A DNA stretch of 64,000 bases from Myxococcota bacterium. GTDB lineage: Bacteria > Myxococcota_A > SURF-8. Shown in pieces: positions 1 to 11,023 of this stretch (the first letter of the stretch is position 1; each line of letters begins with the position of its first letter). The DNA lies in contig OZ223209.1 of assembly GCA_965140415.1 (NCBI GenBank), forward strand, positions 3,392,001 through 3,456,000. The letters are read 5' to 3'. Made by a program: the position numbers and the translations under genes. Under the pieces are notes generated by a model. It searched no databases. It was not told the DNA's origin and saw only the letters and a program-made list of their open reading frames with translations.

Positions 1-138
1 ATCATGCTGCGGTAACCCGCGAGCATTGGCGTGTTCCATCGATAGCAACGGCAACAGAAGAGCAAACAACATGACAACAACGAAAGCACTTCGATTCCGA
101 TAGGTGATTTTGCTTCCGCTCCGGATCTCTGCCTCCAT
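1..138 (-). CDS. 5' part of a probable secreted protein, truncated by the window edge
   Basis: Manual translation from ATG at 138: MEAEIRSGSKITYRNRSAFVVVMLFALLLPLLSMEHANARGLPQHD. Hydrophobic stretch plus A-N-A cleavage-like site; starts 7 nt after the glmM stop. Confidence 0.55.
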   Translation of the reverse strand, partial: MEAEIRSGSKITYRNRSAFVVVMLFALLLPLLSMEHANARGLPQHD

Positions 139-145
139 TTATTAT

Positions 146-1504
146 TTAGTTCAACTCCTGATCGAGTGCGAAGATGATTTCATCGGCGTAGGTGTCGATC
201 TTTTCCGAATCCAAGCCTTCAACCATCACTCGAACCTTGTTCTCTGTTCCACTGTAGCGAACCAATACCCGACCGTCATTTCCCAGTTCGGATTCGATTC
301 TTTGGATGGTCTGAGTGACGTTATCCATTTCCTGCAAAGGTCGCTTGTAAGAAACCACAAGATTTTTCAATACCTGCGGGTAGCGCGTCATAATCGAAAC
401 CAACTCGTGCAACGAGCGCGAAGAATCGACGAGAATGCTTGTGATCTGAAGCGCAGCCAATACGCCATCGCCGGTGGTGCTTTTATCCAGGAAAATCAAA
501 TGTCCGGATTGCTCGCCGCCGAAGTTGAAACCATTTCGCCGCATCTCTTCGACCACGTACCGGTCGCCTACATCCGTCTTAACAACCTTAATTCCTTCCG
601 CTTCCATCGCCCGATCCAAGCCGATATTGCTCATCACGGTCGCGACCAGGGTGTTTTTGTTCAACGCCCCTTCTTCTTTCAGCTGTTTCGCACAGATCGC
701 CATAATCTGATCGCCATCGACCACTTGACCTCTGGCATCGACAAAGATCGCCCGATCCGCATCGCCATCGAAAGCCACACCCAAATGAGCATCATACTGC
801 AACACCAAGTCCCGTAATCCTTCAGGGTGCAGCGATCCAACCCGTTTATTGATGTTGCTCCCATTCGGTTCGACACCCACCGTAATCACCTTTGCACCCA
901 GCTCTTTGAAAACTCGCGGTGCCGTTTCATACGCAGCGCCATGGGCACAATCCAGAACGATCGTCAACCCGTCAAGGCGACGTCCCCCCATTGTCCCCAC
1001 TAGAGACTCGATATATCTGTTTATTCCATCATGCCATAGGCGCGCCTGGCCGACCTGGTGAGGCTCCACATGCAAATCCGTGATATTGCCATCCAAAATG
1101 ATTTTTTCGATATCCAGTTCCGTAAGATCGGGTAATTTGAAACCGTCATCGGAAAAGATCTTGATCCCGTTATCCACAAATTGGTTATGAGACGCGCTAA
1201 TCACCACACCGGCATCGGCTTTAAGTACCTGGGTCAAGAATGCCACGCCAGGAGTGGAGATCACTCCCAGTAAGACCGCCTCGCTACCCACCGCACACAA
1301 ACCGGCGGACAAAGCCCCCTCCAGCATCGTACCGGAAATCCGGGTGTCACGACCGATGCAAATTTTGGGTGTGGCACCGGCATCATGCCCATACTGCCGA
1401 AAATAGCTCCCAATCGAAGCCCCGACCTTGTAGGCAGTAGGAGCATCCATCGGGTAAACGTTGGCTTTCCCACGAATTCCATCGGTGCCAAACAGCTTGC
1501 GCAT
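146..1504 (-). CDS. glmM: phosphoglucosamine mutase
   Basis: N-terminal FGTDGIRG, catalytic SASHN, DGDADR metal loop, GGEQSGH, VRYSGTE. Confidence 0.97.
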   Translation of the reverse strand: MRKLFGTDGIRGKANVYPMDAPTAYKVGASIGSYFRQYGHDAGATPKICIGRDTRISGTMLEGALSAGLCAVGSEAVLLGVISTPGVAFLTQVLKADAGVVISASHNQFVDNGIKIFSDDGFKLPDLTELDIEKIILDGNITDLHVEPHQVGQARLWHDGINRYIESLVGTMGGRRLDGLTIVLDCAHGAAYETAPRVFKELGAKVITVGVEPNGSNINKRVGSLHPEGLRDLVLQYDAHLGVAFDGDADRAIFVDARGQVVDGDQIMAICAKQLKEEGALNKNTLVATVMSNIGLDRAMEAEGIKVVKTDVGDRYVVEEMRRNGFNFGGEQSGHLIFLDKSTTGDGVLAALQITSILVDSSRSLHELVSIMTRYPQVLKNLVVSYKRPLQEMDNVTQTIQRIESELGNDGRVLVRYSGTENKVRVMVEGLDSEKIDTYADEIIFALDQELN

Positions 1505-1546
1505 CGTTACACCTCAACAATTTGAATTGAATAAGGAAAATCGTCG

Positions 1547-2554
1547 CTAAGGAGCAGTCCCTTTTTTGATAGAGAGCTCACCTCGCATAATCACCAACCG
1601 GGCCGTATATGTCCCTGCTTTCAGTTTGACATCCTGTGGAAGTGTAGACAGATCGAACTCGACTTCACGAACGGTTTCCGTCCCGGCGACGTCCCCTTCT
1701 TCTTTTGAAGCATCGATGAAGGCTACAACTTGCTCTTCCGAAAGCTTGTCAACCGTCAAACGTGGTCCCATTACGGTTACTTGTATGGTCGAAGGCTTGA
1801 CCTGATGAACGTATTTCGTATTTCGGACAACCACGGGAACATTGTTGAACGTGCGCTCCGTTAAATCCTTTTTAATCGTCACCATCACCATAATGGGATC
1901 TTTTCGCGGGAAAAAGATGTTACGGGAAAGCCGAACGGGCTTGGCGGCAATCTGGAAACTTTCCTTTTTGCCTGAAACATCGATCTCTTCCGTAAGCACC
2001 TCGTCCACGATCATAATGTCACCTTCACCGCCCTCTACGGTGATACTCTCAGGATCGCAGGAAAGCGATTTAACGACATAACCGGCAGCCGTTGTTCCGG
2101 TCGTTACCGGAACAACGCGCACCATCTTGCTTTTTCGCACGGCCAGACTAATCGCGACTTCGGATGGATTGACCCGATTGAGCGTCAGGGTCGGTGGCAG
2201 GCGGAAACGATTCTCCTCGAAGTAAACCACAGACGGTCCCAACTCGAATTTCGAAAGATCAACGTTTAAGCGAAGGTTGTCGGTATCCCAGCCCTGCAAT
2301 GCCGCCCAAGGTCCGGAAACCGCAATCTTGATCTTATCCGGCACATCGGAAACCAGGAATTTCCCTTCGGGAACCATAAAGAAAACAGGCACTTCAACCG
2401 TTTTCGTAACGTCTTCATTTCCGAAAACAAAAATCCACAGTAATAGCGCGATCAAGAAAGAAAACAATTTCAGGCTTAAATTTTCCAACAATGACTGACG
2501 CAGCCACAGCTTGATTCGCCCAAACAGACTTGTTTTGTGGGTTCCAGCCGCCAT
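1547..2554 (-). CDS. cdaR: CdaR/YbbR-domain diadenylate cyclase regulator
   Basis: Single N-terminal TM (LKLFSFLIALLLWIFV) followed by YbbR-like beta repeats; lies between cdaA and glmM. Start placed at ATG 2554. Confidence 0.85.
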   Translation of the reverse strand: MAAGTHKTSLFGRIKLWLRQSLLENLSLKLFSFLIALLLWIFVFGNEDVTKTVEVPVFFMVPEGKFLVSDVPDKIKIAVSGPWAALQGWDTDNLRLNVDLSKFELGPSVVYFEENRFRLPPTLTLNRVNPSEVAISLAVRKSKMVRVVPVTTGTTAAGYVVKSLSCDPESITVEGGEGDIMIVDEVLTEEIDVSGKKESFQIAAKPVRLSRNIFFPRKDPIMVMVTIKKDLTERTFNNVPVVVRNTKYVHQVKPSTIQVTVMGPRLTVDKLSEEQVVAFIDASKEEGDVAGTETVREVEFDLSTLPQDVKLKAGTYTARLVIMRGELSIKKGTAP

Positions 2555-2555
2555 A

Positions 2556-3362
2556 TCAGGCCACCTTCCCCTTCGAACTGGCAACCGTAGACGGTCCCAG
2601 AGTGTTTACAAGAATCTTCTTTAACGTATTGCCATCCAGATCTCGGGTAATCCTTCCATCCATCACATACGATATCTTTCCTGTTTCCTCACTCACCACA
2701 ATCACCAAAGCATCGGTCTCTTCGGACACTCCGATTGCCGCCCTATGACGCGTTCCCAACTCGCGCGACAGGCGGGGATTATTCGAAAGAGGCAGGAAGC
2801 AACCGGCGTAGGTCATCCGTCCATTCTGAACGATAATCGCCCCGTCATGAATCGGCGAGGTCGGATGCATGATCGCCATAATCAATTCCCGCGTGACTTT
2901 GGAATCGATCGACGTACCTTCCTCCGTGAATTCCGTCAAATCGGCATCCCGCTCGATTACGATCAATGCACCAATTCGTTTGTTCGAAAGCGAGGTGCTG
3001 GCCTTCACCAGTTCCTCGATGAAAAACACCTCTTCCAATGTGCTGATGCCTTTGAAAAACGGATTTCGGCCCACACGGGACAAGCCTCGCCGGATATCGT
3101 GCTGAAAAACGACGATCAGGATCAAGATGAACGAGTTCACAAAGTAGTTGAGCATCCAGCCAAGAGTAACCAGACCGAGCCACTTCGATAAGGCAAAGGC
3201 CATAATCACAAGAATCAACCCGACCAGCACTCGAACGGTGCGCGTCCCTCGAATCAGCAATAAAACGCGGTAAACCGCATACCAGACCAACAGTAAATCC
3301 AATACTGTAATAAAGATTCTGCTTAAATCGCTATTCAGATTCAAATTGAGCAGTTCGTTCAT
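2556..3362 (-). CDS. cdaA: diadenylate cyclase (c-di-AMP synthase)
   Basis: Three N-terminal TMs; DAC motifs HDGA and GTRHRAA; VSEETG. Confidence 0.95.
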   Translation of the reverse strand: MNELLNLNLNSDLSRIFITVLDLLLVWYAVYRVLLLIRGTRTVRVLVGLILVIMAFALSKWLGLVTLGWMLNYFVNSFILILIVVFQHDIRRGLSRVGRNPFFKGISTLEEVFFIEELVKASTSLSNKRIGALIVIERDADLTEFTEEGTSIDSKVTRELIMAIMHPTSPIHDGAIIVQNGRMTYAGCFLPLSNNPRLSRELGTRHRAAIGVSEETDALVIVVSEETGKISYVMDGRITRDLDGNTLKKILVNTLGPSTVASSKGKVA

Positions 3363-3390
3363 CACCGCCAGTTATTCCTTAGCAACGAGC

Positions 3391-4233
3391 CTATTTCCTG
3401 ATGATCGCATCACTTATTTTGCATACCCGAACCGATTCCAGGACGTCATGTACCCGAACGATATTAGCGCCGTTCAACACACTTGCTGTCACCGCCGCCA
3501 AAGTGCCTTCAAGTCGCTCACCTACCGGCAGGTCAAGCACCGCACCGATAAACGATTTTCTAGACGGTCCCACCAGCAGCGGGCAACCCAACTCTAGAAA
3601 TCGGCTCAACTGCCTGATGAGTTGAAAGTTTTGTTCGACCGATTTCCCGAAACCGATCCCCGGATCTAGGATGATTTTGTTTTTCTCGATACCGGCGGAA
3701 TGAGCCGCCTCGATTCTCTCAGCGAAGTATTGGAACACATCCTCCACCACATCATCGTACTGAAACGTCTTCTGCATCGTCTTCGGCTTATCCGCCGTGT
3801 GCATAATCACAACCGGAACCTTGCGTTCGGCGACAAGAGAAGCCATTTCCGGCTCGAACGTCATTCCCGAAATATCGTTGACAATATTCGCGCCTGCATC
3901 CAGCGCAGCGCGAGCCACCTCCACCTTGGTCGTATCGATGGAAAGAGGAACCGTTTGCATCGAGCTCAACTCTCGAATAACCGGAACCACCCGGTCGATT
4001 TCTTCCTTTTCCGATACGGAATCGCTTCCCGGGCGGGTAGACTCGCCTCCCACATCCAGGATATCTGCGCCATCCTTTTGCATTTGCAAGGCATGATCGA
4101 TCGCCGTTTTCGCATCGAAAAAACGTCCGCCATCCGAAAAAGAATCCGGAGTTACGTTCAGAATTCCCATCACGTACGTACGCAGATTAAAATCTAAAGA
4201 TGCGCACCCGACTTCCATACTCGCGATACTCAT
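3391..4233 (-). CDS. folP: dihydropteroate synthase
   Basis: MGILNVTPDSFSDGG, GGESTRPG, DPGIGFGK, SRKSF, VRVHDV. Confidence 0.97.
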   Translation of the reverse strand: MSIASMEVGCASLDFNLRTYVMGILNVTPDSFSDGGRFFDAKTAIDHALQMQKDGADILDVGGESTRPGSDSVSEKEEIDRVVPVIRELSSMQTVPLSIDTTKVEVARAALDAGANIVNDISGMTFEPEMASLVAERKVPVVIMHTADKPKTMQKTFQYDDVVEDVFQYFAERIEAAHSAGIEKNKIILDPGIGFGKSVEQNFQLIRQLSRFLELGCPLLVGPSRKSFIGAVLDLPVGERLEGTLAAVTASVLNGANIVRVHDVLESVRVCKISDAIIRK

Positions 4234-4295
4234 CGACTAACCCCGCCAATTTCCCTGCAAAATCGAACGTGTTAAAACGAAATTCGATTATCTGG

Positions 4296-6242
4296 CTATC
4301 CGGTTTCTTCGGATTTCTTTAAATTCGACGGCAAAATCACACCGGCTTCCGCCTTGGCGTCGGATTGAAGATCCTCTTCCTTTTCGGAAACATCCGGCTT
4401 CTTGCTCGATCCGGGATCGGACGTTTTCCGCTCGATCGACTTGCCTTCCATGATCTGATCGACTTCAGAAGCATCGATCGTCTCGTATTCCAGCAAAGCT
4501 TCCGCCATGGCGTGCAGCTTATCGACATTGTCCGCCAGAGTATTCTTGGCATCCTCATAGCAGTTCTCGACAAGCATTCTGATTTCTTCATCGATGTCGC
4601 GAGCCACTTCATTCGAGTAGTTATTCTGGCGCGTGATTTCCCGCCCCAGGAACAGATGCTCTTCTTTCTTGCCGAAAGTCAACGGACCCAGTTTGTCGCT
4701 CATTCCCCATTCGCACACCATGCGATGCGCCAACTCGGAGGCACGCTGGATATCGTTTCCCGCACCGGTTGTCTTTTCATCGAAAATGAGTTCTTCTGCC
4801 GCTCGTCCGCCCATGGCATAACGAATCGTATTCAGGATGTACGAGCGGGAATGGTTGTACTTATCCTCTTGCGGCAGGGTCTGTGTCAGTCCGAGCGCCA
4901 TGCCGCGCGGAATGATCGTCACCTTTTGGACGGGGTCATAGTTGTCCAACATGGCTGCAACGATGGCATGTCCGGCCTCATGGTAGGCGGTAATCTTCTT
5001 TTCCTCGTCGCTGATAATCATCGAGCGGCGCTCGGTGCCGAGCAGAATCTTGTCTTTTGCCGCTTCGAAGTCGACCATCTCCACACTTTCCTGGCCTCTG
5101 CGAGCCGCCTGCAAAGCCGCCTCGTTGACCAGGTTTTCTAAGTCCGCACCGGAAAATCCAGGCGTTCCTCTCGCGATCACGGACAAATCGACGCTTTCCG
5201 CCAATGGAACACGCCCGGTATGCACTTTCAGGATGCCATGCCGCCCGTTCAGGTCAGGATTCGGCACGACCACTCGTCGGTCAAAGCGACCCGGTCGAAG
5301 CAAAGCCGGATCAAGCACGTCGGGGCGGTTCGTCGCCGCAACCATGATGACACCCTCGTTGGACTCGAAACCGTCCATCTCCACCAGCAGTTGGTTGAGT
5401 GTTTGCTCCCGCTCATCGTGTCCGCCGCCCAAACCGGCGCCACGGTGACGTCCAACCGCATCGATTTCATCGATGAAAATAATACAGGGAGCATTCTTTT
5501 TCCCCTGCTCGAAGAGATCGCGAACGCGGCTCGCGCCCACACCGACGAACATTTCCACGAAATCCGAACCGGAGATCGAGAAGAACGGCACATCCGCCTC
5601 ACCGGCAATCGCGCGAGCGAGCAGTGTCTTTCCAGTTCCCGGTGCGCCCATTAGCAATACGCCCTTGGGAATACGTCCCCCCAGCGAAGTGAAACGCTTG
5701 GGATCTTTCAGGAATTCGATAATCTCTTCCACTTCTTCTTTTGCTTCTTCAATTCCGGCCACGTCCTTGAACGTAACTTTCTTGGATGGCGAACTAAGCA
5801 ATTTTGCACGGGATTTCCCAAAGGACATCGCCTTGCCGCCACCCGACTGAAGCTGGCGCATGAAAAAGAAGAAAATCGCAAAGAGGAAAATCATCGGCAA
5901 CCAGGAGATCAGGAACTGCTGCCAGAAAGCGGCTTCTTCCTCTTTCTCATAGCGAACGATGGTTCCGCCTTCGATCAATTTGTCTAAGTACTTCTCTAAA
6001 ACCGGGCCTTCCGTCCGAAAACGTGTCCCATCATCGAGCACACCTTCGATTACCGATCCTTTTACCAGAACCTCAGCAACTCGTTCTGTACTTTCCGGCT
6101 GGCTTTTTTCGAGGAACGAAACGAACTCGTTAAATGTGATTTCTTTGCGATTCGAACGCGGGTCGTTGATCATGTACATGATGCTCAACAGCATCAGGAT
6201 CAACAGAATCCAAAGAATGGCTGTCTTTTGTGATTGTTTCAA
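4296..6242 (-). CDS. ftsH: ATP-dependent zinc metalloprotease FtsH
   Basis: Two TMs, Walker A GAPGTGKT, Walker B IFIDEID, SRH region RPGRFDR, HEAGH zinc motif. Confidence 0.98.
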   Translation of the reverse strand: MKQSQKTAILWILLILMLLSIMYMINDPRSNRKEITFNEFVSFLEKSQPESTERVAEVLVKGSVIEGVLDDGTRFRTEGPVLEKYLDKLIEGGTIVRYEKEEEAAFWQQFLISWLPMIFLFAIFFFFMRQLQSGGGKAMSFGKSRAKLLSSPSKKVTFKDVAGIEEAKEEVEEIIEFLKDPKRFTSLGGRIPKGVLLMGAPGTGKTLLARAIAGEADVPFFSISGSDFVEMFVGVGASRVRDLFEQGKKNAPCIIFIDEIDAVGRHRGAGLGGGHDEREQTLNQLLVEMDGFESNEGVIMVAATNRPDVLDPALLRPGRFDRRVVVPNPDLNGRHGILKVHTGRVPLAESVDLSVIARGTPGFSGADLENLVNEAALQAARRGQESVEMVDFEAAKDKILLGTERRSMIISDEEKKITAYHEAGHAIVAAMLDNYDPVQKVTIIPRGMALGLTQTLPQEDKYNHSRSYILNTIRYAMGGRAAEELIFDEKTTGAGNDIQRASELAHRMVCEWGMSDKLGPLTFGKKEEHLFLGREITRQNNYSNEVARDIDEEIRMLVENCYEDAKNTLADNVDKLHAMAEALLEYETIDASEVDQIMEGKSIERKTSDPGSSKKPDVSEKEEDLQSDAKAEAGVILPSNLKKSEETG

Positions 6243-6573
6243 ACCTAACTCTCTTTATTTTCTTGCTTTTTGTTGCTTCCCAGTTTGTGTCTCGACATTC
6301 GACCGTCCTGAATTAAATATAATAGCATAAGGACTTGGAATATCCAAACAATATTAGCTTTCTCAGGTCCTCAAGTACTACTTTTTCAGAGCGATTCACA
6401 AACAAAATTATGCCCGTTTTCGTGCCGACACAACCCATCTCCAATTTATAACAACTTCTACCCTGAAAATAGTCCACAAATTCGAAATAAATACCGACTT
6501 CAAGGCGGCAAATTCTCCCGCCCAAGGGAAATCCCTCTCCCCATAAAAGCTTTCGTTTCTTCGCGCTTTTCTG

Positions 6574-6602
6574 TTGAACTTCTTATCGTAAATTAGTATA
6601 GT
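6574..6602 (+). promoter_or_regulatory. putative sigma70 promoter of the large lipoprotein gene
   Basis: TTGAAC-17 nt-TATAGT; RBS AGGAG before ATG 6657. Confidence 0.55.
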
Positions 6603-6656
6603 CCATTCAATATCTTTTAATGATATTCTATTCGCAAACACAGGAGAGCTAAAATC

Positions 6657-9600
6657 ATGAAAAAAGCAAGATGGATCATACTGTTGGCCTTCTTTGTCTT
6701 TGTCGCAACGGCTTCAGGTTGCGGCGACAACGGAAGCGATGACCCGGATGGTGATCAGGAAACGGCTTCTGAAGACGATTCTTCAGAGGACGCAGACAGC
6801 GACTGGCCACCTTTCATCGACGGCGATCAGACTGACGGCGATCAAACCGACGGCGATCAAACCGACGGCGATCAAACTGATGGCGATCAAACTGACGGCG
6901 ATCAAACTGACGGCGATCAAACCGACGGCGATCAAACTGATGGCGATCAAACTGACGGCGATCAGATTGATGGTGACGGTATCGATGGCGATCAGCCGGA
7001 TGGAGATCTAATCGACGGTGACGGTATCGATGGCGATCAGCCGGATGGAGATCTAATCGACGGTGACGGTATCGACGGCGATGTCGTTGATGGCGACTAC
7101 GTCGATGGCGATACTGACGATGAAGAGCCCGGAATTACGGAATGTCGTCAACTGGATGGCGGCCAATCCGGCGAAGTCTGTACCGTCGAGCAGGGAAATG
7201 ACGTCCTGCTCATCCGAGGCAACCTGCTTACACCGACCGGTGTACTTGTTGGTGGCGATCTGCTGATTTCGGCTGGCGGCACGATTTTGTGTGTGGACTG
7301 CGACTGCACGGACGAAGCGGAAGCAGACGGAGCGACGGTAATCACCTGCCCCGAAGGCGTGGTGTCACCCGGTTTGATCAACGCCCACGACCATATGACC
7401 TTCACCCAGAATTCTCCTGGAAGCTGGGGCACGGAGCGTTACGAGCAGCGCCACGACTGGCGCAAAGGCAAGCGCGGTCATACGAAGATTTCCGTTCCCG
7501 GCTATGCCAATGGTCGCGAGATGGCCTGGGGCGAATTGCGTCAGGTGCTTAGCGGAACGACTTCCATCGCCGGATCGGGCGGTGCATCCGGTTTCCTGCG
7601 AAACCTGGACAGCGTCAGCAACCAGGAACAGCTTAACCAGGACATGGTGGACTACAGCACGTTCCCGCTGGGAGACAGCGACGGCACCCAGTTGACCGAC
7701 AGCTGCAACTATCCCGACGTCGAGCAGCCGGGGGAAGTGTTGGATGTGGATTGTTACCTGCCTCATGTGGCGGAAGGCATTGACGCCGTAGCCCGTAACG
7801 AATTTCTCTGTGTCAGCGATCCTCAGTACGGAGTGGACTTGACCGAGGCGAACAGCGCCTATATTCACGCGGTGGGCTTGCGCGCGATCGATGGCCAGGA
7901 ACTGGCAACCAACGGCACCTCCGTGGTATGGTCGCCGCGCACCAATGTTTCGCTTTACGGCAACACCGCGCCGGTTACGATGTTCGATGCTCAGGGCGTT
8001 TTGATCGGACTGGGAACCGACTGGACCGCCTCCGGCTCTGTCAACATGCTGCGCGAATTGCAATGCGCCTCATTCCTGAATAACAACTATTACAATCACT
8101 ACTTCAGCTATCGCGAACTGTGGCTGATGGCCACTCGAAACAGCGCAATGGCTTTGGCCGTAGACGACGCCATCGGCGAATTGCGCGTCGGCCTGGTAGC
8201 GGATATCGCGATATACAACGGCATCGGCTTCGAGAATTACTACGAAGCGGTGGTCGAAGCCGAGATTCAGAATGTGACCCTCGTTCTGCGTGCCGGCTGG
8301 CCGATTTCCGGTGACACCAACATCATGGCCTTGATCCCCAACGGTCAAACCGGTTGCGAAGCCGTTCCCGGCGACGTTTGCTCGGTGAGCAAGACCGTTT
8401 GCGCGCTTCGGGAAACCGGTTACACCTACAGCGCATTAGCTGCGGAAAACACCGAATCTTACGGCCTTTTCTTCTGCGGCGTGCCGACCAACGAGCCATC
8501 CTGCGTACCCTTCCGAAACGGAGAATCGGTCGTCGGTATGCGCTATACAGGCGTGATAACAGACACCGACCGCGACGGCGACGGCATCGCGGACGCCGAA
8601 GATAACTGCCCGGATATCTTCAACCCGATCCGGCCTTTGGATAATGACATTCAGGCCGATCACGACCAGGACGGCGTTGGCGATGTATGCGATGTCTGCC
8701 CGATGGACGCCGACACCAGCAATTGCTCGGTGCCCAATCCAAACGACCGGGATGGCGACGGCTACGAAAACAGCGAGGATAATTGCCCGAGCGACTATAA
8801 CCCGGGCCAGGAAGATGACGACAACGACGAAATCGGTAATCTCTGCGATGCCTGCCCGAATGTATACAATCCGAACAACACGCCCTGCCCTGCCAGCATC
8901 TACGACATCAAGCACGGCGATCTCGATGTCGGCACGAGAGTTGAAATCACCGGTATCGTCACTGCCGTCAGCGGTGGAAAATTCTTCGTTCAAACTCCGG
9001 AAGCGGATTACGATGCGACCTACGGCGCGCAATACAGCGCGGTTTACGTTTACATCCCTGCCTACCTCGAAGAAAACTTCACCCTGCCTGTAATCGGCGA
9101 TCTGGTTGTCGTTGGTGCGACCATCAACAACTATTATGGTCAGATCCAATTGGACAGCGTAGAAAGTCTGGTCATTTCGGATAACAACCAGACTCTGCCC
9201 GAACCCGTTGTCGTTGCCGCAGCGGATGTCGCGACCGACGGCAGCCAAGCTGCAGCATTGGAAGCCGTTCTGCTTACCGTCGAAGATGGCGAAATCACCT
9301 TGTTGAATCCGCCCGCCGGCTCCGGCGATCAAGACCCCACCAACGAGTTCGTTCTTGAAAGCTCGCTTCGCGTAAACGACTTCTTCTTCCTGGCAGATCC
9401 CTTCCCGGAGATCGGCGATGTGCTGACCGTGACCGGCGTGCTGCGCTATGCCAATGGTGATTCCAAGCTTGAACCGCGCGATACAAACGATATCGTATAC
9501 GTAACAACTGCGCCTCCGGTACTCGAGACCTTCGGTCCCTCGCCGGTTTACATCGACGAAGGTGAAACCGATGCCGTAACAATCCCGGAACTGGTTATCA

Positions 9601-10631
9601 CGTTGAATCGCCCGGCGCCAGAAGGAGGAACCGTGGTCGATCTGGAAAGCGACACGCCCTCCGTTCTGTCGGTGGATAGCAGTATCACCGTTGCAGCAGG
9701 CGAGCGTACGGCGACCGTGCTCGTCACGGGCGTTTTGGGAAGTCAGACTCCCGCCACGATTACCGCCTCTTTAGGCGATGACACACTGGATGCGGAAGTG
9801 GTCGTCATTTCTCCGACCCGCGTTCCCAAGCCGGTTGGCCTGTCCCCGGACCCGGTTGCGATTCTGGTTGATGGCGTTGCGGAAGTCACGGTAACGCTGG
9901 ACATTCCGGCCCGGTCGGGCGGCACGACCTGCGACATTCTCGTAACCGACACGCAAATTGTGACAGCCCCAGCCGACGTCACGGTGCCTGAAGGCGAATT
10001 CTCCGCCATGTTCGATATGACGGCGCAAGGCGAAGGTGAAACGGACTTCAGCGTTTCCACGCTGGCTGGCGAAGTTACCGCCGACATCGTCGTTTCCGAT
10101 ACACCCGCGCTGGGCCTGATTCTTTCGGAAGTTTACTACGACCACCCCAGCACCGATGACAGCTACGAGTGGATCGAAATCTACAACGGCAGCGGCCAGG
10201 CTCAGGATCTGTCCGGCTACTCGATCGGCAACGGCGGAACCGACTACACCTACTTGGTTGTGCAATTATCCGGTACGATTGAAAACGGCGAATGCTTCGT
10301 CATCGGTGGACCGTTGGCCAATGACGACAACGGCAATCCCACTTACGATCAATCGATCAACTTCGATCCTGATTTGCAGAATTCGGGAGACACCGCAGAC
10401 GGCGTGGCGCTTTTCAACGTGCCGGCCAACCAGGTTACAGCCGCAACGGTGCCAATCGATGCCGTGATCTATGGAACGACCAACACGAATAATCTTCTCG
10501 ATGAATCCGGCTCGGCTGGCAATGTGGATGTCGGCGATGCTTCCGCGACTTCCTCTATCTCGAGAACGTCAACGGGCTGGGAAATTTTAAGTTCACCCAC
10601 GCCGAACGATTGCTCCGCGTTGATGAGATAG
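6657..10631 (+). CDS. large multidomain lipoprotein: DGD-repeat tether, amidohydrolase, thrombospondin type-3 repeats, OB-fold/Ig-like region, lamin-tail domain
   Basis: Lipobox ATASGC; amidohydrolase metal ligands NAHDH, HVAEG, IHAVG, GTDW; DxDGDGxxDxxDNCP repeats; C-terminal LILSEVYYD...YEWIEIYN typical of LTD. Confidence 0.85.
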   Translation: MKKARWIILLAFFVFVATASGCGDNGSDDPDGDQETASEDDSSEDADSDWPPFIDGDQTDGDQTDGDQTDGDQTDGDQTDGDQTDGDQTDGDQTDGDQTDGDQIDGDGIDGDQPDGDLIDGDGIDGDQPDGDLIDGDGIDGDVVDGDYVDGDTDDEEPGITECRQLDGGQSGEVCTVEQGNDVLLIRGNLLTPTGVLVGGDLLISAGGTILCVDCDCTDEAEADGATVITCPEGVVSPGLINAHDHMTFTQNSPGSWGTERYEQRHDWRKGKRGHTKISVPGYANGREMAWGELRQVLSGTTSIAGSGGASGFLRNLDSVSNQEQLNQDMVDYSTFPLGDSDGTQLTDSCNYPDVEQPGEVLDVDCYLPHVAEGIDAVARNEFLCVSDPQYGVDLTEANSAYIHAVGLRAIDGQELATNGTSVVWSPRTNVSLYGNTAPVTMFDAQGVLIGLGTDWTASGSVNMLRELQCASFLNNNYYNHYFSYRELWLMATRNSAMALAVDDAIGELRVGLVADIAIYNGIGFENYYEAVVEAEIQNVTLVLRAGWPISGDTNIMALIPNGQTGCEAVPGDVCSVSKTVCALRETGYTYSALAAENTESYGLFFCGVPTNEPSCVPFRNGESVVGMRYTGVITDTDRDGDGIADAEDNCPDIFNPIRPLDNDIQADHDQDGVGDVCDVCPMDADTSNCSVPNPNDRDGDGYENSEDNCPSDYNPGQEDDDNDEIGNLCDACPNVYNPNNTPCPASIYDIKHGDLDVGTRVEITGIVTAVSGGKFFVQTPEADYDATYGAQYSAVYVYIPAYLEENFTLPVIGDLVVVGATINNYYGQIQLDSVESLVISDNNQTLPEPVVVAAADVATDGSQAAALEAVLLTVEDGEITLLNPPAGSGDQDPTNEFVLESSLRVNDFFFLADPFPEIGDVLTVTGVLRYANGDSKLEPRDTNDIVYVTTAPPVLETFGPSPVYIDEGETDAVTIPELVITLNRPAPEGGTVVDLESDTPSVLSVDSSITVAAGERTATVLVTGVLGSQTPATITASLGDDTLDAEVVVISPTRVPKPVGLSPDPVAILVDGVAEVTVTLDIPARSGGTTCDILVTDTQIVTAPADVTVPEGEFSAMFDMTAQGEGETDFSVSTLAGEVTADIVVSDTPALGLILSEVYYDHPSTDDSYEWIEIYNGSGQAQDLSGYSIGNGGTDYTYLVVQLSGTIENGECFVIGGPLANDDNGNPTYDQSINFDPDLQNSGDTADGVALFNVPANQVTAATVPIDAVIYGTTNTNNLLDESGSAGNVDVGDASATSSISRTSTGWEILSSPTPNDCSALMR
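6819..7118 (+). repeat. coding tandem repeat, 20 x 15 bp (DGDxx pentapeptide)
   Basis: Units like GACGGCGATCAAAC(T/C): nine DGDQT, then DGDQI/GI/QP/LI/GI/QP/LI/GI/VV/YV/TD; nested 45-bp higher-order duplication at 6969-7058. Confidence 0.95.
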
Positions 10632-10653
10632 CAAACAAGTTTCCATAACCACG

Positions 10654-10689
10654 AAAACGGCGCGTCTGTAACAAGGCGCGCCGTTTTTT
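10654..10689 (+). terminator. intrinsic terminator, probably bidirectional
   Basis: AAAACGGCGCGTCT-GTAACA-AGGCGCGCCGTTTTTT just after the stop at 10631. Confidence 0.85.
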
Positions 10690-10846
10690 GTTGTGCGACT
10701 GCGCCTCGACAAGATTGACTTACTTATACGCCACGCCTGCCGACTTCCAACCTCTGTTGGATGACTGTATTTTTATATGGTTTTATTCATGCAAGAATGA
10801 TTCAATCAATTACGAAAACAGGATTAAACGAGTAGGATTCCTCGAC

Positions 10847-11023
10847 ATGCACAGAAGTCATATTCACAGAAATAATAGTAAACAAGAAACAGAGAATTCA
10901 GAAACGAAACATCGAAAATTACCAAGAGACGATAATTTTGATCTTTTCATCAAGGGATTCACAGATTTTATTATTGGCGCATTAACCATCGGAACGATTC
11001 TCTACTTCTTATTCTGGTCTTAA
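10847..11023 (+). CDS. small hypothetical protein with a C-terminal TM helix (58 aa)
   Basis: ATG 10847 with weak AGGA upstream; ends FIIGALTIGTILYFLFWS; AT-rich. Confidence 0.4.
   Translation: MHRSHIHRNNSKQETENSETKHRKLPRDDNFDLFIKGFTDFIIGALTIGTILYFLFWS

Noticed and set aside
6819-7118. CRISPR-like array
   Set aside because: Contiguous 15-bp units with no spacers, in frame within a CDS, and no cas genes.
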